Below are positions 22,127-34,519 of a stretch of DNA of 64,000 nt, in pieces. The notes under the pieces are model-generated. The model had not been told where the DNA came from. It saw only the letters and a list, made by a program, of their open reading frames with translations, and did no database searches. Origin of the DNA: Psammoneis japonica (lineage: Eukaryota); contig QPGO01000034.1 of assembly GCA_008632985.1 (NCBI GenBank), forward strand, positions 1-64,000. Reading direction: 5' to 3'. A program made the translations under genes and the position numbers. Numbering within the stretch: position 1 is the first letter of the stretch; each line of letters begins with the position of its first letter.

Positions 22127-25100
22127 CTGCTATGAATTCAATGGTAGTGATTGTTCGCAATGCAATCCGAACGACGCCTGTGCATTCTGGAACAATGCGC
22201 CATCGTGTCTTCCCCTGGCTCTTGATTGGCCAAGGTGGCCAGTTTGAGAATTTCTTCAACCAGGCGGCTTTGCCCTACTCCTTGGCCTGGTGCAGGTGCA
22301 TTCCAAAAGAAGCTTGGCTCAGTCCATGAAAGCAACTGCCGCCTCGTCTCCGACATGCTTCCGGTGAGACTCGTCTTCTTCAACACGCCCCAAACACTCT
22401 CACACGAAAGACAAGGCGTCTGTAACAGTACTTACGATTCGGTCGCACAGTATGTGCATGGTGATAGTAATCAGATATGTAGTTCCCTTTAGGTTTACCT
22501 ATGTGATGTTGAAGAAAGCCATCTGTAGCTGTCGCTGATGTTGACAACTGTGCGATACATGTGCACCGTTTTTGTCCATAGGATTGCTTTCGTTTTCACA
22601 ACTACGAAACAGTCATGCTTGTGGATGAATCTAGAGTCCCATCTCCAGATCAGGCCAGATGCTGTGTTTAAATTGACCAGGTATGGAGAAACTCTAGCTA
22701 GCTTTGTGTCCATGTTAGAGGCCAAAATCACGTCAACAGAAGGGAACACAGCAAAATACAATGAAGGATGGATGAGGAGGGATTGTGTGACCTTTGGTGA
22801 CATGCACCACAATGACAACGTTTCACATAAATGCCACTTTTGTTCTTCAAAGGCCAGAGCAAATGACACTCTACTGCTCTCCAGCAGAAGCAGCTGCCTG
22901 GTGCTGCAGCACTCTAGAGCAGAGAGCCGATGAAACTCTACTCCAGCAGCCAAGTGAGTGCTGCAGCTTAAGAGTTGTGCATGAGAAAACAGCTTCAGAA
23001 CTGCTGAAGTGCCGTTTCTTTCCTTTCCATTGCAAAACAGTTTGAATTCCCACCACTGGCCTGCAGCCATGATTGCCAGGCAAGCATGAACCAGACCAGA
23101 AAGTTGGGGTTGTGTGAGTGCAGCAGTCAATGACCATTTCGTGTCCGTTGATCACCTTTGCCTGAGCACTTCCTGCATCCTCTCTTGCACGAGTCCTGGT
23201 TTTGACAAATTGATCCTGCAGTTGGACTCATTTGAGGAAAGTGACAATGCAACAAATTTTGTCAACAATGTGCCAATGCTGGCAGGTTGCATCATTGACA
23301 TTGAGTTCTTCAAGAAAAGATTGCTGGGTGGTGCTTCTCGCTGGCATCCCCATCATCCTGCATGCAATCCTCCTGGTGCAGCTTTTCAAGACCCCTTGTC
23401 AAACCCCAGCGAGTGTTTTAGATTTGAGGACAATGGTCATGATGAGAAGTCACTCCATTTCACAGTGGTGAGTGCAACTTTTGCTGTGGGTTTCTGCTTC
23501 CTTGTCATTTTGTGGAAGTTTGCCACTCTTCAGCAGCAGAATCAGATTCAACTCATCTGGCTTTCATGCAATTACACAACAGTCCTTGCTGAGCAGCAAA
23601 GATTGGCAAGCAACCTTCTTGAATCAAAGCCAGTTGACTCCAATGTTTCAAAGTCCCAATTTCATGCATCGTGTGTGGTTTCTGGCCCCTTTTGTCTCAG
23701 CTCTGGACACTGGCCTGCCAATTTGGAGGTCGTCACTTGGGTGTCATTTCCAACACCAACATTGCTGCTCATGTTGCTGGCAAGTCTGTTTTTGTGAACT
23801 GGTTCCTTGACTTTTCTTTCATTGTGTCCACAGCAAGGATGGGCCAAAACAGCAAAAACAACATTGCAGTTCTTGTCCTCATCTTTTCCAGCTTTTGGCC
23901 GCACCTCAAGTTGGTGTCTGGCCTGTGCTGTTCTTTCTGCCACCAACACAACTTGGTGTGTCAAAATGGGAGACAATGACTTTGCTTTGGCTTGATGTTC
24001 TCTCAAAGTTGTCAGTCGTTGACATGTTCTTTGCTGTCCTGCCAGCCATTGCAGTGCTCGACTTGTCATTTGTGCTGGCAGGCCCAACAAAAGGTTTTCA
24101 AACAAAGGCAATCCTTTTCATGTGAATCAGTGGTGGCACCACAGGGTCATTGGAGCTGGACAATGCAGGTGAAATGCTGAAAATGGTGTGCACAGGGATG
24201 GGATCCATCAAGAGTGGTGAGAGTGCAGAGATTCCCAATGGGGCTGCTCTTGTTGCAGCAACTCTGGAGCCATGCACATCCCACAACTGATGTGCACCAC
24301 CAACATGATTCCAAATCCATCACGTCACTTCTGCTTTCACCAGCAGTGTTTGAGGGAAGCATGGTGGTGACATGATTGCAGCCACCCTTGTGAGCAACTT
24401 GCAACAGCATGCTGCATTGGCTGTGTGTGGGGATGAGTGAGAAGAGAGAAGAGTTTTGGGGAGAGTGAAAAGAACAAGAGCAACAATTCACAATGATGAC
24501 AACAACAACAATGACAAACATGACTTGACTGTGGTGGGGACAATCCACTTTCCACTCTAGTGTGGTGGCTTTGACAAGGATGAGGCCCAACACCCAACAG
24601 GCACACTCCTGATGAGCATGCGGCAGGGCCTGGCCAGCTGGATGAGGCCATTGGCAGGTGTTTTTCACCTGTGGGCAGAGCATTTGAAAATGAGAAAGAA
24701 GGATGGGACTTCCCAGAGAATTGTGCACATTTTCCTGTGCAGAATTAGAGAGACCCATCAACCACACATGACTGCCAGCAGACCATTTTCAAATCCTTTT
24801 TTGAATGCCATGCATCCGGGTTTGATTCTGTTTCAGCACCATGTGGAAGCAACAGCAGCAAGGCAAACTGAAAAAGACTCAACTCTTGATTTCAACTTGC
24901 CTTTGGAGCAAAGTCATTTTCATCAATGATCAATGAGATGCGATTGCTCAACAGCAATGCAGCTGCTGCAAGAGTCTTCTGGGGTGGGATCCAGCTGAAG
25001 CTGTTGGGTGCCTTGGGCAAGACACATCATCACAATCAGCACATCAAAACCATGCAGTGTGCTCTCATGCACAAACAATTTGTCCTTGTTGTGGAGTCAA

Positions 25101-25584
25101 GTTCATGCAGTGACTTTCATTTTGCTGGCATCCATGGCTTGCAGGCAATGCCATGGAAATTGCACCAAAATTCAGATTGTTGGTCCTGCAATGTGAGACC
25201 ATGCAAAAGAGCCAAGTGTTTGCAAGTTTGAGAGTGAGAACAAGAGAGAAACAGAGACATTGCACAAAATGCAAAAGTGGCTCACCTTCAATTCATTCTC
25301 AGCCCTCCCCTTCCACACTTCATTTTGCAACTCCCACTGTTGTCATTTTAACACAAACAAACAAGTGCAAAGAAAATGCACAGCACTTGAAATGAGAAGC
25401 ATGCCGCTTCAAATGCTCTTTTCAAATGCTCCATTTTTTCCATTGTGGCAAAGTGCGGAGAGTCTTTCAACTCACCTCCTGGTTCTTGTTGAGTTTTTTT
25501 CAACTCGCCTCATGAACCCATGCTGAAGCACACAAGCCTCTGGCACAGGCAAACTGAGAATTTGCCCCCATTTGAAAGACACGA

Positions 25585-26080
25585 CCTGCCCACAAATCTG
25601 CCACCATCCTGAACTTTCATGAACAGTCTAATTCCACCACCACCCTAAAAATTCAGGACTGCAGCGGCCAGCAGCAACCACCATGGCTTAAGTTCACAAC
25701 TGCAATTCTGTCATGTCACGCAACACTGTGATGGTGTCCAACCACCTGAATTTGCCACCATCCTAAAAATTTGCCACTGGCTTAAATTCATGACTTGCAC
25801 AAATCCGCCACCATTCTAAAAATTCACAACTGACCCTGATTCACAACTGGCATAAATTCGCCACCATCCTGCACAATTTACGACTGGCCTGAATTCACAA
25901 CTGGTCCAACTCCGCCACCTGTCATGTGGCAACAGGACCCTAAATTCATGACTGGCCCAAATCCACCGCCATCCTAAAAAGTTCATGACTGGCCTGAATT
26001 CACAACTGTCCCAACTTCACCACCATCATAAAAAGCTCATGACTGGCCTGAACTCACAACTGCCCAAACTCTGCCACCTG
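25585..26080 (+). repeat. Degenerate array of short repeats (aaattcacaactggc / aattcgccaccatcct), possibly subterminal repeats of a DNA transposon
   Basis: Two short motifs alternate many times over about 500 bp. Confidence 0.75.
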
Positions 26081-27439
26081 TCACTGTGATGGAGGTGGAT
26101 GAGAAGAGGAAGAAAGGACAGAAGCAAGCTTTGGAGATGCAACACAACATTTGCAAGCATTGCTGCAACACAGACATTGTGCCACCAGGTGCATTTGGCG
26201 AAATCCCAATGAGTGTTGTGGGATGTGTTGGAGGTGGCCGTGTGGAGCACTTGACAAATCTGAACCTTTTTGAAACTGCAATGGTGGCACATGCAACAAC
26301 AAAGCATGCCTTGAAAGACAGCAGCATTGACAATGCCGGCAATGCTGCAATGTTGGTGGGTGACTTGGAGCCAGAGGAGGATGGTGCCATGTGTGTTGGA
26401 AATTCAAACAGAACAAAAACTGATGTCTTGTTTCAAATGCAAAGTCAGCATTTGACAGCTCAAAGTGCAAAAATCAGGATCTTGTTTGTGCCTCATTGAC
26501 AGGTGTCATGGATGTGGTGCACTTCTTTTTTGACAGCAGCACTGCAAGAAACTCAGAATCAGAATCATGTGCAGCAGTCACGGCAGCATCTTGATGCAGC
26601 AAGGCTCTTCCAATCACTTGGCAATGTCAATGATGCAAAAAAGGAGATGCAGCTGCATCTCAAAAAGTCTCAAGTTAAGGGCAACAAGAACAAATTGCTG
26701 GATGTGAGTGCCATTGATGTGTGTGCATGTTGTTGTTGTTTTGTCTTCATCAAAATGTTGTTTCTCCTTTTTCTGCCTGTCACGTCTGAAAGGACATGAA
26801 GAGGATCAAAATGCTGATCAAGCAAGGGAGTCATCAAAGAGGATGGTGCAAGGAATGGCAAGTTTTGCCATTGTTGTTTTGTCATCATTGAAATGTTGCT
26901 CACTCCTTTTGCCATCATCTGAAAGGATGCACAAGAGAATCCAGTGGCTGATCAAGCAAGGGGGTCACCAAAGGATGCAGGTCAGGATCCGGGCTCACAA
27001 TTGGTCCGCTGTGGCTTTTGTGATTGCCCCAGGCCTGATGAGCCTGTTGGGACAAGAGATGAGGCAAAACACCATGATTGCAATTGTGGGTTTGGTTTGT
27101 GGTCATCAAACAAGTGCTGGAACTTTGAAAAGTGTCATTGTTGCTTGCACAGTGTTGGGTGCCATGCATGCCTTGACAAGTGCAACATGACATTGTTGAC
27201 TTGCAGCCACCAAGATTGTTGCGGCAATGTGCAACTTCATTTTTGCATCAGAGACTTGCATGATTCACAGGAAGTCCAGATGCATGGACAATGGATGGCA
27301 ATGCACATCACATTAGAAAGCAAGGAGTGACACCAGGAATGGGAACTCTTCCATGAGTGTTTGCATTTGCAGCTGTCCCGCCAGCCCCTGTCAAATTCAC
27401 TCTGCTGCAGGCATTGCTCAAGAAGTGTTTGGACTTGTG

Positions 27440-28330
27440 GGACAATCAATGACAATGACATTGTCTGCAGAATCAGAGCTTTTTTGTGGTGCTGCTTTTG
27501 TTTCCATGGCCCTGGAGAGCAGATCCAAATCCGCACTCAGACATCCAACCAATGCTGCAATTGCGCACCAAAATCCCAATGTGTTTTGCTCAAGTGGGCA
27601 TTGCTCCAGCAATGCTCAGAACAGTGGGACAACAAATGGTGGTGACAACATCTGCAGAACAAGCACTTTCCAATGGTGTCACTTTTCTTTCCATGCCTTG
27701 AGTGCATCCAATTCTGCTTTGAGACATCCAGATGGACCCACATTTGCGGACAACAAATGGCGGTGACAACATCTGCAGAACAAGCATTTTCCAATGGTGT
27801 TGCTCACATTTCCATGCCTGAAGCACATCCAATTCTGCTTTGAGATCTCCAGATGGCCCCGCATTTGCACGCCAAAATCCTGATGCGATTTGCTTAAGTG
27901 GGCATTGCTTTGACAATGCTTGGAATTGTGGGACAACAAATGGCAACAACAACATCTGCAGAATGAGAGCTTTTCAATGGTGTTGCTTGTGTTTCCATGC
28001 CTGCAGCAGATTCAATGCTGCTTTTGAAATCTCCAGATGGCCCCGCATTTGTGCGCCACACAATCCCAGTGCTTTCCAACAGTGTTGCTTTTGTTTTCCA
28101 CACCCAAAGCACATCCAACTCTGCTTTGAGATCTCCACATGGCCCCGCATTTGCGCGCCAAAATCCCAGTGCAATTTGCTTAAGTGGGTGTTGCTTCAGC
28201 AACACTTGGAATTACGGGGCAAAAAATGGCAATGACAACATCTGCAGAATGGGAGCTTTTCAAAGATGTTGCTTGCATTTCCACACCCCATGGATCCAAT
28301 TCTGTTTTGGGGTCTCCAAATGACAACACA
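27440..28330 (-). pseudogene. Decayed tandem-repeat coding sequence, LRR-like
   Basis: tgacaacatctgcagaa and gagatctccagatggccccgcatttg each recur 4-5 times. The minus strand gives pieces such as LKQIALGFWRANAGPSGDLKAELDVL..GMET...LEKLPFCRC. Confidence 0.5.
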
Positions 28331-28799
28331 CTTGTGCACCAAAACCCTCTGGCTGGCCAGCTGGCAGCAGGCATTTTGCTGGCACACCTGCAACATCATG
28401 TCGCGGCTCCCCAGGGAAGCAACACTCTGTGGCACAGGCATTGCTGACACATGCCTGCAACAGCAGGTCTCAGATGGTGACTGCTCCAGATGTTGCAAAG
28501 CCTTGATCTGCGGACACACTGATGACATTGCAATCAAGGGACTTTGGTGCATGATCCCTTGTTTTAATCTGCTGACACAGGGTGCCATTCAGATGCAATT
28601 GCAGGCTTGCAGACGGGCACGCAAACATTCACTCACCCTCACATGCATTGCCCTCACAAAGGTGTGTTGTTGCATTTGTCAAGAAATGCATTGCACGGGT
28701 TTGAGCAAACATGCGATCTGCGCCAATGCCAAGCTTCTTTGCACTTTACATTGTCAGCAGCGGGAACAGCCAGCTGCTTGGGCCATTTGCACATCCAAG

Positions 28800-31200
28800 T
28801 TCAATTGATTCATGGGCACTGCTGTTGAGGTTGTCATTTTCATTTTCCAGTCCAGTTGGCAATTCACAGCCCAATGTCAGAAGAGGTTCATGTCATGTCC
28901 TCACATGCAAAACCAACACCCACTGAACATGAAGTCAGCACATGATGTGAAGACACATCCAAGTCTCTGCAAATGCAAATCACAAATGCAGTTGTCCCAC
29001 TGGCTCCACTGATGCAGAGTCCAATCTTGCTCATGAGCTGATGTGGGGATGCATGTCACCAACATCATGCCACATGGACCACACTGAGACAGCATCTTAA
29101 TGGCATGTGTGTGATGATGCCGGTCATCCCAGATTGAAGATGGATTGCTGCATCACACAGGCCACGTGAAGAGCTTTTGTGCCCCATCATCTGCACTGAC
29201 TGGTCCAGACCCAAGGCGGCAACATTGGCAGACAGAGACATCAGCAAAGGAGCACATGTTGAGCTCCAGTTGTTTGGGCATGCCAAGGTGGTTCCATGAC
29301 ACCTTGTGCCGCATTCCATGTGTTGTTCACATTTTCTCCTTCTTGAGACAGTGGCACATTTTGTCATGGAACATTGGGAAGTGTGGTGCCCACATTGCCA
29401 TTGCTTCTGGCCTGATCAAGCGGCAGAGGAATCTCTCATCCAGATGCATCACAAGAAACCTGCATCCCTTCTCCTGCTCATTCTCAGAACCACCAAAATC
29501 CATTGAATCGGCAAGCTTTTTGCAAGAAAGAGCCATTGACATTTTGGACAGCATGCACATCAAACGCTCTTCTGCAAAATGGCAGAAGCTTCCATTGTGA
29601 TTCTGACCCCTGTTTTGAGGAACTCAGACATCCTTGTCCAACTCAAAATTTTGCAGCAAAGCCTGAAGTTTGTCCTTTGTCAGCCTTGTTGTCTCCTGTT
29701 TGGCTCTGTCGTTGCATTGCAATGCATCAATTGTTTTTTGGAGTTAGATGACCAGACATTGCTCCTTCTTCATCTAAGTCCAGCAAGGCTGAATCCAGCT
29801 CAGCACACACAATTGCCAGACCAAAGCAATTGCGTGCTTTTGCAAGGTGCTGGATGGTGAGCAAAAGTGGGAATGTGATGGACCATGTTGCCAATGAGCT
29901 CCAATTTTTTGCATTGCATTCAGCACACTCTTGCCCATGCCAAGCTGCATCTGATGACTTTGAAGATGCAAAACCAGATCCTTGCTTCTGCACCTGCTTT
30001 GCACTCATGAGCTCTTTGACCTTAGACGACATTGTGGCCTTTTTCTTTCATGGCAAGCTCCACCCAGAAATTTTGTGCCTCCTCCCTGTGACAGGATTGC
30101 ACAAAAAAAGCTTGGTTGATTGTTTCTTTGCAATCGCACTGCATCTTCAAGCCTCTGCTCTCTGCTTCTTGTTTGCAGAAAGGCTGGTGCAAAACCTGTG
30201 GAAAAATCTGGCGCGGGCTCCTTTTCATGAAATGATGGACACGACTGAATGCAAATGACCTCAACGTGCTTCTCATTCCTGAACAACAGCTGCGTTTGCA
30301 TCTTGTGTTGCACATTGGAAACCATCTGCCTCAACACGTCATCATCAGAAAGAACTCAAATGATGTCATCAGTGTGACATCAGGGTTCCTTCTCATGCCA
30401 TCAAATGTCATGCAGTGGCCCTGGGTGCTCTGGAGCAGAGAGTGTGCAGCAGAGAGTGGCTGTCTGCCTTTAGAGGGCACTGCTTGCCAAACATGCTGCC
30501 AGTGCACCCATCATCATTGCAGTGCTGTTGCTCGTGTGCATTGCATTGTGAGTGAGGGGAAAATGTGGCTGCACTCTCTCTCTGCCACCGGTGCGGCACA
30601 GAGATGCCATGCAGAGCATGCAGCGAGAGAGTCAGTTGGAGCATTGGCGCTGCCCACTTTCACCTTGGCACCTTTCACCTGCATGATGCAACTCATCCAG
30701 CTCACCCCAGCTGCCTCTGTTGCCTCCCCTCTTGGACACCAACACCTTGCAATCGACGTCACCACCCCCAAAAACCTCCCCCATCACCTGCTCCTGGCTT
30801 GCCTGCCCCAACGCAGAGTCCCCCACCGGCCCCTCCCTGGACTGCTGAATCCTCCTTCCAACACCCAGCCACCCATGCTGCATGCACTCACGCCCAACTG
30901 TCACCATCTGCCATTCTCCCTGCAGCTGTTGCCGCTTGGCAGAACATGTCCAGCCACTGCGAACTTCGGCCTCACCCAGCCACCACACTTCCACTCCATC
31001 ACAATGGGGCCTTCAAAGCCTGAGCCTGGCAATTGCCAGATCACTCGCTGACCAACTGACCCGATGCTCCACCAAACTACAATCCCAACTCTCCAACCCC
31101 AATCCGAAACCCATCCCTTTTCCTGCCTGCATGACTCAGTCAGTGCAGTGCGCAGGCAGCACTGCAGTTCCACCCTTGCTCCGCGTCTGTCCCACCCCCG
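28800..31200 (-). pseudogene. Decayed long coding sequence, possibly a MULE-type transposase
   Basis: Fragment ICDLH..RLGCVFTSCADFMFSGCWFCM loosely resembles the MULE CDFE...GCxFH segment. Weak resemblance only. Confidence 0.2.
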
Positions 31201-31418
31201 CGCCACTCTCTACTAGGTGACATTGCACGTGAACTCCGCGCGCGTCGCGCGTACTACTACCGTACTTACTACCTATCCATGACTCCAGTCTGCCTGGTCT
31301 GCTTGGTGTTTGGTGTTGTGTGTTGCAATATTATAAGGTGTTGTGTCCGCCATAGCCATTACAAATTACAAGTCCTCGTGTCTCAGCGGTCTGTTGATCC
31401 ATTTAAAAATACGTTAAA

Positions 31419-31931
31419 ATGAGTTATCGCGAAGATGAAGAACTGGAGGGAGAAGAAGAAGAGGCCGTCTCCGTCCCTCAACAGGTTGCCGAGTTGGCTC
31501 AGGCTAGTGTGCCCGATTCAATGAAAGGCATCCGTGCATGCAAGCGTTGCGGTATCCTGAAGACATTAGATCAATTCATCGTTGAAGGGTGTGAGAATTG
31601 TCCCTTTCTCGAAATGGTGCGAAAACTGCTGTTTGTTGCTACCTCGATTTATCTTGTGCGCCTGTGTTCATTGCCGTGTCTGCCTATTACGTTGTGTTAA
31701 CGTGTTGCAGGTGGACAACCCCGAGCGATCCAACATGTGCACTACCGCATTTTTTGAGGGCGGGCCGCTATTATGGATCCCCGTGAGAGCTGGGCTGCAA
31801 AGTGGATTCGTACGGACAACTATCTTCCTGGCGTGTATGCAATATCTGTCACTGGTCAGTTCGACAGGGAAATTGAAGAAGATTTAGAGAATCGTGGCAT
31901 TCGTTGGCGGTGTCGACCAGCGCCAGCCTAA
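31419..31931 (+). CDS. SPT4: Transcription elongation factor SPT4; exons 31419-31616 and 31711-31931
   Basis: RACKRCGILKTLDQF..EGCENCPFL, CTTAFFEG and IMDPRESWAAKWIRTDNYLPGVYAISVTG. One-base frameshift near 31761. Confidence 0.93.
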
Positions 31932-32892
31932 AAAAATTGCTAGTACGGGACCTGTGACTCGGGTTCAGTGTTGCTGGAACTCTAGCGGTTGCTATGCTGC
32001 AATTGAGACCGTATAATATGGCGGCATGACTTGACTTCGTGATGGTGGCGGTGCGATAGGTTCGTCTTTCTCATAAGGAAGGTAGTAACTAACAGGTGTC
32101 TGGATATCAAGTATTGCTTCGGCTCACTAACTAGAGTGCACGCTTGGCCGCGATGAACTTCGCTTTAAGATTGTCGGAATCTGAACGATCCCGTGCAGTC
32201 CTGGTCACAACTACAAGCATTCTACAGCGTAGTGATTGCTCTCGGTCGTTTCTAGTGAACTTATATTTCTGTTTGCTTTCCGAATGGCCCAGACTCGTTG
32301 AGAATGTATTGCATTTTGACCACGTCTACCACGTCAGGAGGGATTCACTTTCTTCCGGCATCAGTGTGACTTTCAATTGTTATTTACCACTCTCGTGGAC
32401 TATGAAATCTACTTTGAACTTGCTTAGGCTGACACACACCGGATGTCGGAGTGGTGGATCTGAGATCTGCGAATGATTTTATGCGTTGCTTTTCTGCCTG
32501 CAGAATTTGCTCTCGCCGGGGCGCCGCTTGCGTGCGAGCGCGCTCATGAGTGTGCGAATTCGGGTTGGCAGGGTTGACTACCAAAAATACCGGGACTGAC
32601 ATAAGAAAAATACCAAATTTGGTACTGTTGGTATGTCAATCCAATAGAGTATCTCTGTCAAGCCGGGCCGGCGCCGGCCGAGCGCGAGAAACGCGCGTCT
32701 GTCGTACGTCCGTCTCGCGCCAATGCCATCTCGCTCTGTTCTCAAGCATCCATCACGAGTTTACCATACGTACCGGTACGGTAGTAGGGCCCTACATGCA
32801 CTGCCACAATATGAGATGAGACACTACACCATAAACCCTCTTGTCAAAAAGAATCCTTTTGCGACGATCATCTGAAGCTACTTCTATCAACA

Positions 32893-33158
32893 ATGCCGAA
32901 GAAATTCGAAAGTGAAGAGGAAAAGAGAGAGTACAATAGGAAATCGAAGGCCAAACAACGCCAAAGGGAAAAGGAAGAGGAGGAAGAGAAACAGGAATTG
33001 GCTGACAAGCAACAAGCCGCGTCATTGGAATAAGTGTGGAGGAATTGCGCAAGCAACGCCAAGAGCAGAAAGAAGCCGAGGCCAAGCGACGCAAAGAAGA
33101 AAGCAAAGCCAAGGCTTTGAAGAAAAGGGCCTGGATCAAGGATCGAGGTCGAGCCTAA
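32893..33158 (+). CDS. Small Lys/Glu-rich coiled-coil protein
   Basis: MPKKFESEEEKREYNRKSKAKQRQREKEEE...ISVEELRKQRQEQKEAEAKRRKEE..RGRA*. Needs one inserted base near 33028. Confidence 0.55.
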
Positions 33159-33352
33159 GTCAAGCGCGGCGGCGCGCGCCGTTTCCCGCCATTATATTAT
33201 ATTCCAGCTTTCCACCACTCAACCGCACACGCACACGACACACGAGGCCTTCAAAATAATTAAACCCCGTCCTAATACTCTCCAGCTCATCGCATGTTGA
33301 CACGGCAAGATAGAGATTGACACGTGGTTAAGCTTGCGCTGTGGGTGAAAGA

Positions 33353-34387
33353 ATGATGACCAGTTTTTCTGTGGTTGTGTCTGCTCTTGCAGCTTGCCAT
33401 GTCGAAGCGTTTTCATGTCTGGATTCGCAAAGGGGTCGAATTGACACGAGAGATTTGAATGTTGGCGATAAATCTGAAATCCCCTCTCGTCGCGACGTGT
33501 TCAAGGAATCAGTTGGGGTGCTAACTGCGAGTGGTCTTGGATATTCGCTATTGCTTCAACCTGCGACTGCCGTGACTGGTGCCCAAGACGGAAATCTCCC
33601 CGATCTTCCTCCGGATGGCGTTCGAAGCTATCTTCAATACCGTGTTGGTTTGCAAATTTCTGCTGATTTCTATTTGTGGGAATTGCAGGATATGTGTGGG
33701 GATACGGACAGGTGGGGAGAGCTGCAACAGATATTTAGTGCCAGCAATAACAGAGGACAAGGCCTCCCTAGTCGTGCCGAGCGTGACTTCTACAATCCCA
33801 TGAGGATTCTGAGCTTGAGCTTTCCACCAGATGTTGGAGATGCGCTGAGGGATGATCAGTTCAAGTTCGAAAAGGCGATGTCAATGGTAACGAAAGCAAC
33901 AGCCGGGATACGCAGAGACCTGCCTGTAGAAATTGACAGGGGAAGTGTCGTCTCTGCCAAAGAAGGATGGGAACTTGGGAGGGTAGCTCTCAATGACTTC
34001 TTCAACACTCTCAATGAAGCGACTGGACTTTCGGAATTGAAAGGGATCCCGCCATCTGGGCCCAATCAGACTAGTGAGTATGGAAGGAGCCAACGCAGAT
34101 ATTTTGAGCTGATGAAGAAACGAAGCTATGCCAGAATAGGGGCGGTCCTACCCTATCTCAGGCATGGGGACAACTGATGGTACGTGAACAAGTGTTGCCT
34201 ATCTTGGAAAAATGTGTTCCTTGACCAAGCACATTTAATGAAGTGTGGTCTTCCTCCTCTCGTGTCACAGGTAAGCGGTTACATGCAAGATTCGTGCGGA
34301 ATCCCTGATTTGGAGAAATATTTCTATCATAGATCGGAGCTCGCCATAGGAGCACGGCACGTTCAGTTTTTCTGGAGCCTCTTTTAA
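33353..34387 (+). CDS. Putative plastid thylakoid-lumen protein of unknown function; intron 34180-34270; 3' end uncertain
   Basis: Signal peptide ending VEA-F (ASAFAP-like), twin-Arg RRDVF, a hydrophobic stretch and PATA. The frame continues as KTKLCQNRGGPTLSQAWGQLM after a homopolymer slip near 34120. Confidence 0.7.
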
Positions 34388-34519
34388 GTCAGAACCAGTG
34401 TCCCTTAAAGGCGATTATATTTAGCCTGCTAAGTCGTCGTGCGTGTATAGTGCTGTCATCACACACATCATGGTGTCCCCACTCTCATGAAATCCGTACA
34501 ATGTTTCGTCCGTCCGACA

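Larger units (their letters stand above)
22560..31200. other. Hypermutated block almost devoid of TpA and CpG, containing decayed genes/TEs
   Basis: Strong CA/TG enrichment by inspection. Translated ORFs contain almost no Tyr and end almost only in TGA. Sharp right edge near 31205. Confidence 0.85.

Noticed and set aside
25585..28330. CRISPR-like array
   Set aside because: The repeats are degenerate, have no regular unique spacers, have no cas genes nearby, and lie in a eukaryotic context.
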